Assembly: GCF_035084215.1 (NCBI RefSeq)
Contig: NC_090357.1
Span: 8,742,001-8,806,000, forward strand
From: Heptranchias perlo
Taxonomy: Eukaryota
Direction of reading: 5' to 3'
Length of the DNA: 64,000 nucleotides
Below the pieces are notes generated by a model. The model had not been told where the DNA came from. It saw only the letters and a program-made list of their open reading frames with translations, and ran no database searches. The translations under genes and the position numbers were made by a program. Positions 50,401 to 63,995 of this stretch are shown one piece after another (within the stretch, counting starts at the first letter, position 1; each line of letters begins with the position of its first letter).

Positions 50401-51786
50401 CCCAAACTCTGATAGAAGCTATTGCATTGTCTAATTATTTGGAATATGTCTCAGACAGTTTTTTTTTTCTTTTGGAAACGAGACAAAAACAATTGCAGTA
50501 GAATCTGCTTAACATGACCATTCTGAGGAACTCAGTGCTATGTCCAACTATCTTAGTGACCCCACCAACCAAAGGAGCCATTTTGTACCCCAAAACATTT
50601 TGTATTGCAGTTACATGCTGACCCGAGCAGCATAAATGTACAGTGGCGTTGGTGCTGTCAGTGAGTTCAATCTTAAGTACAAGCACAAAACTTAAGAGGA
50701 CTTAAGAGCCACATTTCACTTACATGAGCCTGAATTCAAGTGATCCGGAGTTGGAACTCAGCTAGATTTTCCCATTCCTTAGTTGCGACGGTGCTGGGGC
50801 TAATTATAGTGCCCGTTACCAGCTGAGATCAGCTAACTCGATACAAACCAGGGACTGAACCGGCGACCATCGTGTTGTGGCTCAGTTCCGCATGAGATGA
50901 TGCATTTACCAACTGGGCAGTGGAACATTGCATGTAACCTTATGTATAACAAGTGTGTATATTTAATATAAACTGTCCAATATCACACTGTCAGAACAAA
51001 GACAGGATTTTTCAAAAAAAGTTCTAAGTTCTACTGTGGCACAAACATCTACAGGGGGCTTACACTTAAACATCAGGACAAGGTCTTTCAAACTATAAAT
51101 TCATACACTAACCCACTGTGTAGCTTAAAAACGTCCACAGATGGGGAAGTGAATATGACTCCAGCTACTCGCCTGTGGGTGTGTCTGATCCTGTTCTCAC
51201 CCGATCTCCGCACACATGTGCCTTCTAGCACTGGGTACTGGATAATAATCAGGAGCAGGAACTCTGGATGATCTCTTCCCTCGCCCTAGCCTAACAGTGT
51301 TGAAGCCAATTGCAGCTCTTCTAAAGCCCCTCATCTTAAAGGCAAATGAAAGGAAACCAAATAGCAGGAAAAGAACTCGATAGCAGTGGCAAATGCTACA
51401 ATAAGGTCTGGACAGTAAACATTCTCCATTGACCTTATGGATGGACAGGTAGATTGTGACCCAGGTAGCTGCCGAGAGAAAGAAAGAAAAAAAAGGAGAG
51501 AGGCACGCATGCACGCACGCAGAGTGTGTGCAGTGTAAAGATCTGGTGATGACCAGTTACAATTCTGCAACTGATATTCCTGGTGGTTCAGGACTGCAAA
51601 CATGTAATGTCCCTCGGGAGGACAATATTGCCTAGCAGGCCGAGTTGATATGGCGGTTGCCTATCCACTCTGCTTATACAGGGCAGTTCTGCCCACGTTG
51701 CCATTGCCCAATTACTAACACACTAAAGATTTTACGCTGTTTAATTTTCTTCTGCGCGAGTACGATCACAATGAATTTAACGAACA

Positions 51787-52203
51787 TTACGTCATTTCAT
51801 TGTCAAAGGAGAAAAGCAAAGAAGAGTTCTCGCTGTTCCTGTGTCCCACTCGATGGTTTGGGATCGAATGACTTCCGGGTTGCCTAGACTCAGTTACTGT
51901 TATGGTTACATTTTGCATCTCATACTTGGAGCTCAGATCTTTCTCGTCTCCCATTTTACCCAGATTGGCTTCCTCGACGTTCAATATCTGTTGATCCCCT
52001 GCCTCATCCGTGTCCACATTTTGTAGTGGGATTAATTCAGATGCATGCTTATCAGTTTCCATTTCACGCAAGGTTTGATAAGGTCCATGGGTAGAGGTGT
52101 TACACAGCAAGCTGAACTCAAACTCTTTCCTGGAGTAGAAAATAACTTCCAGGGTGTAATAAATAGACCAGAAGATTGTAAAACAGCCCAGTAGCAGCAG
52201 CAT
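51787..52203 (-). CDS. PCSK7: PCSK7 last coding exon (transmembrane helix and cytoplasmic tail)
   Basis: MLLLLGCFTIFWSIYYTLEV resembles the PC7 TM segment (LVGCFTVFWTVYYMLEV); polypyrimidine-AG acceptor at 52204-52205; phase 0. Confidence 0.92.
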   Translation of the reverse strand: MLLLLGCFTIFWSIYYTLEVIFYSRKEFEFSLLCNTSTHGPYQTLREMETDKHASELIPLQNVDTDEAGDQQILNVEEANLGKMGDEKDLSSKYEMQNVTITVTESRQPGSHSIPNHRVGHRNSENSSLLFSFDNEMT

Positions 52204-53784
52204 CTGAGGAGAGAAACAGACTTTGTATTTAATAATTTCTTATTTTCCTTCTTCCCCTCCCGTAGTTTTTTATCTCGGTCATTTTTATTTGGTATTTTCC
52301 ACAAGGCCGAGACTTCTGCTGGGTACAGTTCCATAAGCAGGGATTGCCCATTGGACCTTCCCTACATGGCCATTCCTCATGTCTGCGGTTGGGCAAGGAG
52401 ACGGGGAGTGTCAGGAGGCTACTCAACTAGATGGGGGGAGAAAAATCACTGGCAGGGTTAGATAGATGGCTGAAGGAAAGAGGATAAAGGGTTATGAGAA
52501 CAAGGTATGCACATGGGATTAGGAATACTGCTTATGTGGGGGATAATCACCAACATGGATTGATTGAGCTGAATGGCCCGTTTCCTTCTTGTAATCGCTT
52601 ATATAATTCCAGGCAAGACTGATCCTGACTTCACCCAAAGTCCACACTCATGCACTTTCCAGCTGTGATCACTGGATAAGGATCAGGGGCAGGAACTGTG
52701 GATACTTTTGTCACTTCCATAGACCAGGGACACTGAGGCCAATTGTAGCTCTCTTACAAAAACTCTGGCTGAGATTTCTTTGTTAGATGAGGTTTTATTC
52801 CTTATGATTCCCTGCAGATTAATCATTAGGAAGCATCAGTGAGAGGTGTGGTGAACACAATGCTCACCTCTTCTTTGGTTAACAAGCTCTGTTAATCTAA
52901 CAGAGAGCAGCGATCAATCAACCTCTCCTCATTAAAGTATAAGCAGAACATTTTGGAAATGAACAGTGGGTTAATCGGCATCAGAACGAGAGAGATAGGT
53001 CCGTGTTTCAGGTGTAATCAGATCGGTTCTGATATATGGTCCTCTCTGAAACATTAACCTAACTTTCTCTTTCAGATCCTGACTGACCAGTGATGCGTTT
53101 CCAGCATCTTCTGTTTTTATTTAGGATTCTCAGAATTTATAGTTTCATTTTTAACTCTTTACTCATAATCATGAAGACCAAATACATGCAGAGTTCTATT
53201 CTGGTGGAGATGTGATATGCAAGGACAAAACTGCTGAGATGTGCCGCTGAGAAATGGTACCTTATCTCTGCTTACTGTCTCCGGCTATTCCTGTCTAGGG
53301 AATCAGCACAAAGCAGATTCCATCGCTTAACTGTACTGCTCAAAGCTGCTCCTCCAGCCCTACAAACCCCCTGCAAATTCTCCATTCCTTTGACTCTGGC
53401 CACGTGTAACCTCCTCCCCTCCCACCACCACCCTTGCCCCATTAATGGCAGCTGTACTTCAGTTGCCTAGGTCCGACTCTGGAATTCCTTCCCTAAACCC
53501 CTCCTCCTCTCCAACACGCTCTCCTTCTTTAAGAAGTGCTTTTGACCATGCTTTTAGTCACCTCTCCTAATATCTCCTTTGGCTGAACACCCACTATTTG
53601 ATTCCGCCTCTCTGAAGTGCCCTTGGGACATTTTTCTACATTAAAGTCGCAAGTTGTTGTTGAAGCACTGTGCCCCTGTCTCTCAGGATCTACCTCCCAT
53701 CTCCCCGACTTGGTCATTCCTTCTATCCCCTTCTCCATGTCATCTCATATCTGCCAATGCTCAGTAAACATTTCAATCACTGGA

Positions 53785-55226
53785 AGATTGTTCTATTCAA
53801 GAAGGGGAGTAGGGAAATACCGGGGAACTACAGGCCAGTGAGCCTAACATCAGTGGTAGGAAAATTATTGGAAAAAATTCTGAAGGACAAAATTAGTCTC
53901 CACTTGGAGAAGCAAGGATTAATCAGGGATAGTCAACATGGCTTTGTCAAGGGAAGATCATGTCTGACTAATTTGATTGAATTTTTTGAGGGGGTGACTA
54001 GGCGTGTGGATGAGGGTAACGCAGTGGATGTGGTATACATGGATTTCAGTAAGGCCTTCGATAAAGTCCCCCACAGGAGACTGGTCAAGAAGGTACGAGC
54101 CCATGGAATCCAGGGTGCCTTGGCACTTTGGATACAAAACTGGCTTAGTGGCAGAAGGCAGAGGGTGATGGTCGAAGGTTGTTTTTGTGACTGGAAGCCT
54201 GTGGCCAGTGGGGTACCACAGGGATCGGTGCTGGGTCCCTTGCTGTTTGTGGTCTACATTAATGACTTGGATATGAATGTAAAAGGTATGATCAGTAAGT
54301 TCACTGATGATACAAAAATTGGTAGGGTGGTAAATAGCGAGGAGGATAGCCTCAGTCTGCAGGACGATATAGATGGGTTGGTCAGATGGGCGGAACAGTG
54401 GCAAATGGAATTTAACCCGGAAAAGTGCGAGGTGATGCACTTTGGAGGGACTAACAAGGCAAGGGAATACACAATGAATGGGAGGACCCTAGGCAAGACA
54501 GAGGGTCAGAGGGATCTTGGTGTGCAAGTTCACAGATCCCTGAAGGCGGCGGAACAGGTAGATAAGGTGGTAAAGAAGGCATATGGGATACTTGCCTTTA
54601 TTAGCCGAGGCATAGAATATAAGAGCAAGGAGGTTATGATGGAGCTGTATAAAACACTGGTTAGGCCACAGCTGGAGTACTGTGTGCAGTTCTGGTCGCC
54701 ACACTACAGGAAGGATGTGATCGCTTTGGAGAGGGTGCAGAGGAGATTCACCAGGATGTTACCAGGGCTGGAGCGCTTCAGCTATGAAGAGAGACTGGGA
54801 AGATTGGGTTTGTTTTCCTTGGAGCAGAGGAGGCTGAGGGGGGACATGATTGAGGTGTACAAAATTATGAGGGGCACAGATAGGATGGATACTAAGGAGC
54901 TTTTTCCCTTCGTTGAGGGTTCTATAACAAGGGGACATAGATTCAAGGTAAAAGGCGGGAGGTTTAGAGGGGATTTGAGAAAGAACTTTTTCACCCAGAG
55001 GGTGGTTGGAGTCTGGAACTCACTGCCTGAAAGGGTTGTGGAGGCAGGAACCCTCACAACATTCAAGAAGCATTTGGATGAGCACTTGAAATGCCATAGC
55101 ATACAAGGCTACGGACCAAATGCTGGAATATGGGATTAGAGTAGACAGGGCTTGATGGCCGGCGTGGACACGATGGGCCGAAGGGCCTCTATCCGTGCTG
55201 TATAACTCTATGACTCTATGACTCTA
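53785..55226 (+). mobile_element. Young 5'-truncated CR1 LINE with an uninterrupted RT reading frame
   Basis: YRPVSLTS, YMDFSKAFDKVPH, SGVPQGSVLGPLLF, FTDDTK; (CTATGACT)n tail; lies in the last PCSK7 intron. Confidence 0.95.
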
Positions 55227-55992
55227 AAACTACACATAGTGCCACTGAAGTTACTCTGTAAGAATGATGATAAAGCTCCAATGACCCACAAACACATTGG
55301 TAACAGGCTACCTGTGTCAGCATGACCTACAATTGAAATGTGTACCCTGTCAATGAGCTTAAATAGAAAGTCCTACACACGGACTGTGGTCGTGTTGTGG
55401 ATTGGACATTGAATTCGCCTCCATGCCCACAACAGAAAATCTGGACCATTTCTGAAAGATCAAGGGTCAACTTCTGAATGGGGTCGTGACCTGGAAGTGC
55501 AACCTGTGATCACAGGGAGCGTCTTAACTGCTAAGTAATGGAGTCGCCATCAACAGAAATGATTGGTTAGTTATCGTGGACAGTTCTCCCATTAAAAACT
55601 GGTCTGCGGTGTAACACGTTATTCAAGTGATGCTCGGCTGTAAAACGCCATCCAAAGATCATTACTGCAACAGAGTCATCATCAGCAACCCAGCACTCTG
55701 GCTGATGTGCCCCATCTGGGACCATTTTTAACGTGAAAACTGACTCCAAAGTAACTGGAGAAGCAGAACGGAAGCAACACATGGAGAAAAATTGCACTAT
55801 TAGGTGATAAGATTCCTCCAGCTGCACAACATTCATAACTGATCCTATTAGTGAGTAACCTCCTGAAATCTGGCATTTTGTAAATAGGACAGCAATTTCC
55901 TTTAATAACAGTTGAATAATGCACATCCATGCCATCTGTTCATTTAAATATTTGTAGATGCTTAATGGAATCTGTACTGCGATAAATTTTAC

Positions 55993-56110
55993 CTTCAGTG
56001 TATTTGATGTCATATAATTCCATTCCTGATCTGAGATCTCTAATCCAGGGGGGCAAGGTAACGAGAAACTGTCATTCAGGAATTTTCCACTCATAGCTTC
56101 TTCAACAAGC
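55993..56110 (-). CDS. PCSK7: PCSK7 exon
   Basis: (R)LVEEAMSGKFLNDSFSLPCPPGLEISDQEWNYMTSNTLK; 118 nt, phase 2-0, AG/GT boundaries. Confidence 0.93.
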
Positions 56111-56359
56111 CTTCGCAAAGTAAAGGAAACACAGTTAAAGATAACAAGCTACTCAACTATTAAATCTTTTGGGGCTAGCAGTGATGTGTATCAGGACTTT
56201 CCTAAGAAATGAGCTCCTGGTGGTAGCAGAATGGTTTTTGTCTCCCTCAGGAGTTAGTCCTAGAGGGTGGAAGGAAGGTGTACAAGGATGCACAGTCTAT
56301 TGGATCGACGAGCATCGATTAGTCTTTTCTTGCCCTTTTCTCCAATCAAAGACACGACG

Positions 56360-57288
56360 TCATGTACGCCGACGAAATTCAGCTCTACCTTGCCACCACT
56401 TCTCTCCACCCCTCCACTGCCTCAGTGCTGTCAGGCTGCTTGTCTGACATCCGAAATTTCCTCCAATTAAACACTGGGAAGACCGAAGCCATCATCTTCA
56501 ACCCCCGCCAAAAACTCCGTTCACTAGCCTCCGATTCCATCCTCCTCCCTGGTCACTGTCTCAGGCTGAATCAGGCTGCTCGCCACCACAGCATCCTATC
56601 TGACCCTGAGCTGAGCTTCCTACCCCATATCCTCTCCATCACAAAGACCGCCTATTTCCACCTCCATAACATCTCATGTCTCTGCCCTTTCTCAGCCCAT
56701 CTGCTGCTGAAACCCTCATCTACGCTTTTATTACCTCCAAACTCGACTATTCCAATGCTCTCATGGCCAGCCTCCCATTTTCTGCCCTCCATAAACTTGA
56801 GCTCATCCAAAACTCTGCCGCCTGCATGCTAACTTACACCAAGCCCCGTTCACCCATCACCCCTGTTCTCGTTGACTCCTGGTCCACCAATGCCTCGATT
56901 TTAAATTTCTCACCCTCGTGTTCAAATCCTTCCATAGCCTCACCCCTCCCTATCCCCGTAAGCTCCTCCAGCCCTACAACCCTCTGAGAACTCTGTGTTC
57001 CTTCAACTCTGGCCTTGTGTGCATCCCCCAACTTCCTTTGCCCCACCATTGGCGGCTATGCTTGCAGCCGTCCAGGCCCTAAGCTCTGGAATTCCCTTCC
57101 TAAACCTCTCCGCCTCTCTCTCGTCCTTTAACTCACTTCTTAAAACACACCTCTTTGACCAAGCCTTTGGTCATCTGTCCTAATGTCTCCTTCTTTGGCT
57201 CGGTGTCAATTTTTGTCTGTTAATGCTCCTGTGAAGCGCCTTGGGACCTTTTACTATGTTAAAAGCGCCATATAAATGCAAGTTGTTA
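56360..57288 (+). mobile_element. L2 LINE 3' fragment with RT end
   Basis: YADEIQLY...LQLNTGKTE...AFITSKLDYSNAL...LELIQNSAA, followed by the L2 tail. Confidence 0.88.
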
Positions 57289-57572
57289 CGTATATTCGTA
57301 CTTGAATTCATCTCATAGTAGTCAGATGTGGACTCTACCTGCAGCGACCAACAAGACTTGCTGATCTCAGTTGTATCTTTGAGAAGGGGGAAAGACAAAA
57401 CTTGAGAAGAGCATCATCTCAGGTCTCTTACACAGCTGCCATTGCCTGGCTCAAGAATACATCTGATAAAGAAGCTAGCTCAAAGCTGTCCTCCTCCCCC
57501 AACTTCAGTGAGTGAAGCGAAGAGCTTGGGGAGGAAAATAAAAACTATGTGAACATAAGCAAAGTGGTTTAC

Positions 57573-57669
57573 CTCTGTCGTTGCTTGACATCTTCAAATG
57601 ACCAGGAAGAGCCGTATAGTGTGAGCTGCCATTGCTTGAGGGCGCCACTCTTCCGCTGAGGATTCTCAC
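57573..57669 (-). CDS. PCSK7: PCSK7 exon (end of P domain)
   Basis: (G)ENPQRKSGALKQWQLTLYGSSWSFEDVKQRQ(R); 97 nt, phase 1-2. Confidence 0.93.
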
Positions 57670-57974
57670 CTGAGCAGAGAGAGATGATGAGGACTGGGAA
57701 ACCTTTTTTTTTATATAAACAGTCGGGAGAAAAAAATGCAACTACTTCTGCTCAAACAGCACATTTTAGTAACAATCAGAACTTGAAGACTCACTTCAGC
57801 TATTGAACGTTGAGGTATTCATCACAAACAGTAGCTGGAGAGTTCAAGATTTTATTGAAGGAAAACGATTAGGAAAGCCGTTGGTCAGTTTTGATCAATG
57901 GTCTTTTGATGAGTTTACTGATCTCAGTCTGGGTGGTGGTAGGGGCACTACAATTGGCCTCAGTGCCCCTGCAT

Positions 57975-58285
57975 GATCTCTGCGTTCCTCCAATTCCGGC
58001 CTCTTGTGCATCCCTGATTTCCTTCGCCCCTCCATTGGCGGCCGTGCCTTCAGCTGTCTAGCCCCTAATCTCTGGAATTCCGTCCCTAAACCTCTCCACC
58101 TCTCTCTCCTCCATTAGGGGACGTTCCTTAAAACCTACCTCTTTGACCAAGTTTTTGGTCACCTGTCCTAATATCTCCTTATGTGAGTTGGTATCAATTT
58201 TTTTCTGATTATGCTCCTGTGAAGCGCCTTGGGACATTTTACTACTTTAAAGATGCTTTTTAATTCAAATTGTCATCGTTGTTGT
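57975..58285 (+). mobile_element. L2 3' fragment nested in a second-family SINE
   Basis: L2 tail family. Confidence 0.72.
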
Positions 58286-59184
58286 GATAGGAAGGAACAG
58301 GGTGAATGTGGCCAGGATTCTTGCTCCTGATTGTGATCCAGTGGCCCTGCTGGAAAGTTTGCATTGCTTACATTGTCTAGTGAAATCTCAGGAACAGGTT
58401 AGGGCATGATGCCCACCACAGCGGAATAGCCCACCAACACTCACCGTCTATGCTCATACTTGAGAAATGGACATTTAGGCAAGGTACTCGGGGGGTGGAC
58501 CGCCACCGAAAGAACTGTATACCGGCAGCAGCCGACAGCTCCGAGAGAGGAAGGGGAGAAAATTGGGGAATTCTTCAGACGCTGCAGCAGCAAAGTGCTG
58601 GGCCTTCAAGTGGTGAGTGAGACAAGTTTGTACCCGTGTGATCACACGTGGCAAGTGCCTGACCTCAACGTGCTGTCAGCGTGAATTGTGAAGCAGCAAC
58701 CAGATGTTTCCCCAATTGGGCAGTGCAGATGTTGCTCCTCCCCCACCAGCCCGAACAGGATCATCAAAGCCTATGAGTTGGTTGGAATGGCACTGGGAGA
58801 TTACGCGAAGAAGGGGAACAAGGAGAGACAAAAATATCCCTTTACGGAGGTTTTCCACTGACTTATAAGGGTACAGAATCAAATCCTTTTAATTGCTTAT
58901 TTTTAGACCACCATTTGTAGTAACGGATGAGATACGGCCTCTGAGATATGCATAAAACCGTTTAAAAATGTTGAGGTCAACGGGAATGAATTCCTTAAAG
59001 CTTTCAGATTTATGGGATCAAATTATTCAGAATAAAACACTTGTCAAATAAATAGTACAGTTAATCTAATACTGATAACCTGAATTGCTTGTAATTTAGA
59101 TGAAGTTGGAATGAAAAAATAAATCAAGTTTGTGGCTGATTCTTGCGTTTGGTTTTCTGTTCACCTGATAGTAATTAGAGTCAG

Positions 59185-59582
59185 TTCAGCTCCATCCGTA
59201 TCACTCTTGCCTGAGTCACGAGATTGTGGGTTCAAGCCCCACTCTAGGCTGAGTGCAGCAGTGCTGCTCTGTCAGAGGTGCAGTTTTTCAGATGATACAT
59301 CAAACCGAGGCTCCATCTGCCAGATCAGGTGGCCGTAAAACATCCCAAGAAGAACAGGGAGTTCTCCCAATGTCCTGTTCAACATTTCTCCCTCTACCAC
59401 CACTAAAAAGATATTAATTGGTCATTAATCTCATTTGCTGTTTGTGGGACCCTGCTGTATGCAAACTGACTGCCATTCTTGCTTGCATGGCAACAGTGAC
59501 TGCACTTCAAAAGTCATTCACTACTATCAAAGTGCTTTGGGATGTCATGATGAGACACCATATAAAGGCAAATTCTTTCTTA
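59185..59582 (+). mobile_element. DeuSINE-like SINE
   Basis: Degenerate member of the family. Confidence 0.65.
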
Positions 59583-60554
59583 GAAAGGGAGAAAAAGTGA
59601 GCATAAAGGAGCATAATGGCGCAGAGACCACGAAAGCAGGTTAATTAATGAAGTGTCACGTTGGCAATGAGCTGAGAACCCGCTTTTTGCGGATAAAAGC
59701 TCATCCGTGAAAGAGAAAAAAAAATCAAAACTGAACTCTAGATAACTGAGATGCAAAAGGGTGTAGTTCAGGATGGGAAAATGTAGGCTGTGCCAGATAA
59801 CAAACAAAAGAAAATAAAACCCTGAGCAGTGGCCAATTATAAGTCCATGCCTACAGAATAGGACCATTCCAGTGTGTCAAGTTTCCCCAATGGAAATGAC
59901 AGATGGAAGGAGGCCGAGACAGAGAGATTTCTAAGCTCAGACAAAAGTCGGACAGTGTAAGACAGAGCTAATGAACAACAGATAAATGTATAACACTCCA
60001 AAGAAAGTTTAACAGGGGCAGCAGAAAGGAAACTCTGTTCTTCTCTAAGCCTGCACTCGGCTGTCATCTGTGAAAGTGGTTACAGTGATACAGCACATTG
60101 GTGCACCAATGCACTGGGATGCATGCTTGTATAGTGATTACCCAAACCAAAAAAAAATAATCATGTGCCGTCATCCTTACTTCTCATTTATCAACCCAGA
60201 GATGACAAATGTTATTGATAAAACAGACCTTATTTGGCTAGAGGCTCCTGATGGCTCAGTGGGTAATGCAATGCCAGATGCGTCAGAACAGGAAGGTCTC
60301 AGTTTTGACTCCCAATCTGTGTTGAGTTAGAATCCATTCTGCCAGGTTTCCACTTCCTAGTCTCATTCCCCCACCCGACGCCTCCATTCTGACATTACTT
60401 TTGGAAGCAGGACTGGTGCGATGCTGTGCTCCCCTGGAATTCCTGCCAGTCCCTCCCGGCGGTAAGTATGTCTGCATGAAGAAAGCCCATAAGTGGATCT
60501 TACATTGCCGTATCCCAACGGCAATCAATCCAAGAGAGATTGATTGCTGTCAGG

Positions 60555-60910
60555 TGAGTGACAGAAGAATCCTGGATGAGATGGAGTAAATAAGGAGAAA
60601 CTGTTTCCACTGGCAGGAGGTTCAGTAACGAGAGGACACAGATTTAAGATAATTGGCAAAAGAACCAGAGGGGAGATGAGGAATTTTTGTTTTTTTAAAC
60701 GCTGTGAGTTATGATTTGGAATGCCCTGCCTGAAAGGGTGGTGGAAGCAGATTCAATAGTAACTTTCAAAAGGGAATTGGATAAATACTTGAAGGAAAGA
60801 AAGGGCCATGGGGAAAGAGCAGGGGAATGGGACTAATTGGATAGCTCTTTCAAAGAGCCAGCGCAGGCAGCTTGGGCCGAATGGCCTCCTTCTGTGCTGT
60901 ACGATTCTAT
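60555..60910 (+). mobile_element. CR1 LINE 3' end
   Basis: End of ORF2 (TRGHRFK) and CR1 3'UTR. Confidence 0.8.
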
Positions 60911-61478
60911 GAGGCAGCTTCCCCGTTAAAGAGACCAGCCTGCGTCCACTGCCCCTCCCTGACTGAGCAGGGAAGTGTTGATCCAAATCCCTGCTGGCTC
61001 CGTGGATCATCCATCCCAGTGACACTGTTGTTGGTGTTAGTGCCCTTATTATTTATGAGTCCCCAGGATTTGGGACGGGGACAAATAGATGCGCAGACGT
61101 CCCGTTCTGTCATCGTTCCAGTGGAGATTCTGGAATTGCTGGGCCATTGTTTCCAGGAAAGCAGGAGAGAAAATTAAGAAAAATAAAATGGAACTCACTC
61201 CGTACGGGGTGCCACCTATACATTTCCAACAACCTCTTGAATAGAAGTTTGTATATGTTGTCATAGAATGTTAAAGTACAGGCGGCCATTCGGCCCATCA
61301 TGCCTGTGGCAGCTCTTTGAAAGAGCTATCCAATTAGTCCCACTCCCTCCCCATAGCCCTGCAAAGTTGTGCAAAACTTACTTTCACTTGGGAGCCCCAA
61401 ATCAGAATCTGAAACACAGCCTATCAACTCTGCATTTAGTAACTTTATCTCCTGTCGCACTATGAGGAGCCTGGTTAC

Positions 61479-61573
61479 CTAAATCACGAATGACCATCTT
61501 GTAGATGCCTTCCGCCCTCTCGCCCCAGCATCGCACAGTAGAATACATCCAGTCGGTGAAGCCAGAAGCATCC
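61479..61573 (-). CDS. PCSK7: PCSK7 exon (P domain)
   Basis: [31 protein letters not shown](G); 95 nt, phase 2-1; upstream exons are beyond the window. Confidence 0.95.
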
Positions 61574-61749
61574 CTGTACGGGGGAAGACAACAGATTGTA
61601 TAGTTAGTCAGTGATTATCCTCTAACCTGCTCATTTAATGGATTATCTGTGGACTCCCTCTGCAGGACTGTTCCCATTTCAGGGATGCCAGTTTGTTGAA
61701 TGTGTTGAGGCTGCCATTAACCTGCTCTGTTGAACAGACTAGGTTTTTT

Positions 61750-62245
61750 AAAATTCGTTCATGGGATGTGGGCGTCGCTGGCAAGGCCAGCATTTATTGC
61801 CCATCCCTAATTGCCCTTGAGAAGGTGGTGGTGAGCCGCCTTCTTGAACCACTGCGGTCCGTGTGGTGAAGGTTCTCCCACAGTGCTGTTAAGTAGGGAG
61901 TTCCAGGATTTTGACCCAGCGATGATGAAGGAACGGCGATATATTTACAAGTCGGGATGGTGTGTGACTTGGAGGGGAACGTGCAGGTGGTGTTGTTCCC
62001 ATGTGCCTGCTGCCCTTGTCCTTCTAGGTGGTAGAGGTCTCGGGTTTGGGAAGTGCTGTCGAAGAAGCCTTGGCGAGTTGCTGCAGTGCATCCTGTGGAT
62101 GGTACACACTGCAGCCACGGTGCGCCGGTAGTGAAGGGAGTGAATGTTTAGGGTGCTGGATGGGGTGCCAATCAAGCGGGATGCTTTATCCTGGATGGTG
62201 TCGAGCTTCTTGGGTGTTGTTGCAGCTGTACTCATCCAGGCAAAT
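61750..62245 (-). mobile_element. CR1-group (Zenon-like) LINE 3' end
   Basis: KKLDTIQDKASRLIG...HSLHYRRTVAAVCTIHRMH, plus 3'UTR. Confidence 0.75.
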
Positions 62246-63659
62246 GGAGAATTTTAGATCAATTTACAATTCAAGTCTTCTGAATAGGATCACAAGTCAG
62301 CCCTGGCAACACTGTCCTTTACAGATAATATCGCATGGTTCAATATATTTCTCGATTTCCACTCCCTCTCCCCAATTAAGCCAGGTTCTTCCCCTCTCAG
62401 GTCTATGACTGCGGCTGAGGGAGCAGACACTCTGGTTCTGCCTGCCAGGAGGTACAGAGTTGTCCAGGTTTCTCCAACTCTCCTTCCAACCCTGTTAGGC
62501 CTCACTTTAAAACTCACTCCAACCCATGATACTCATGGGGGAAATCAATGACACAAGGTCACATTTTGCCCCTCAACCTTACAACATTCAGTAATGGACT
62601 GAGTTTTTAAGCAAATGTTTGTACGGAAAAACAGATGCAAAAAAAAATGAAAGCTGATGACAGTCAGAATTCAAAGGGCCATTTTACTCAACTTTATCCC
62701 CAGAAACATTGCATCCCCATTAGATCTCTATACACAATATCAGATATTCAGAAGGTTCTGCTGGGTTGATTTCAAAGCTTATTTCTTTGAATAGAACGTC
62801 TCCTTAAGTACTTCAGACTGGGTTAAGGCCAACATTAAATAACCGTTTTGGAGTGGAAACCAAAATACTGAGTGTTCCATTGCAAGAATAATCATCTGGC
62901 TTTCAAATTCATTCCTGTTGGATGGAATATTTTTGCTTGGATGTCAGATTACACACAGTAACATTATGTATCGTGTCCTTCATGGTACATCAATAAAAAA
63001 GTTATAAAATATTTACTACAAGCAAAGAGCTAACATTGGAAAGCCAAACATTAACATTATTAGAATGTGTGCACACAAGTTGAGAGGAACAGTGTAAACT
63101 GTATTCTTAGGAGTGTTCAGGGGGCAGGAGAGCAAGTTTTATTTAAAAAACAAAACTGTTCTTTGTAAGACAAATAGGCTGCTGAAAAGGGAGTGAGAAA
63201 AAGATATGAGACATGTCTCAACATCGAGACATTCTTTGTGGGTTCTGTAAACTTTATGGGTAAACTTGAAATTCACATATATTTGCTATTTCTTAACCAT
63301 CATTTCTATTCTCAAATTGTCTTCAGAATGACTTAGTTAGTCATAGTTTGCTGACTGGGAATTTAACCAGTGAGTGACCATCATTCTGTTTTAAAAAAAA
63401 AGAATGTGACTTGTGAAAAGTTTCTCCCCTTCCCCCACTTTGTTCTTCACCTTCCCAAAAAGTGGCAATTCCTGCTGGGCTACAATCTGGTACTTCACCC
63501 AAGAGACCATTCTTCATGTTCGACCTAAGATATTTGACCTTGGAAGGCAATCAACCAGAGCGCAGTCATATTCTCACCTAATAGGAGACTCGCTGCATAA
63601 AATATTCTCATCTCCCCTCTTGTTCTTTTGCCAATTATCTTAAAGTTGTGTTCCCAAGG

Positions 63660-63995
63660 CTACCCACCCTCTTGCCAGTGGAAACAGTTTCTCCTTATTT
63701 ACTCTATCAAAACCCCTCATAATTTTGAACACCTCTATTAAATCTCCCCTCAACCTTCTCTGCTCTGAGGAGAACAATCCCAGCTTTTCTAGTCTATCCA
63801 CATAACTGAAGTCCCTCATCCCTTGGTAAATCTCCTCTGCACACTCTCCAAGGCCTTGACATCCTTCCTAAATACTCCAGCTGAGACCTAACCAGTGATT
63901 TATAAAAGGCTTTTTTTCGTCTGATTACACTCCTGTGAAGCACTTTAGGGTGTTTTACTATGCTAAAGGCGCTGTATAAATGCAAGTTGTTGTTT
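63660..63995. mobile_element. CR1 fragment (-) followed by an L2 tail (+)
   Basis: YKSLVRSQLEY motif; TATAAATGCAAGTTGTTG tail. Confidence 0.7.

Noticed and set aside
53670-55139. 489-aa ORF as a host gene or domesticated reverse transcriptase
   Set aside because: Standard 5'-truncated CR1 ORF2 with its 3'UTR and microsatellite tail. The first ~38 codons are chance flanking sequence and there is no endonuclease domain. Recent insertion explains the open frame.
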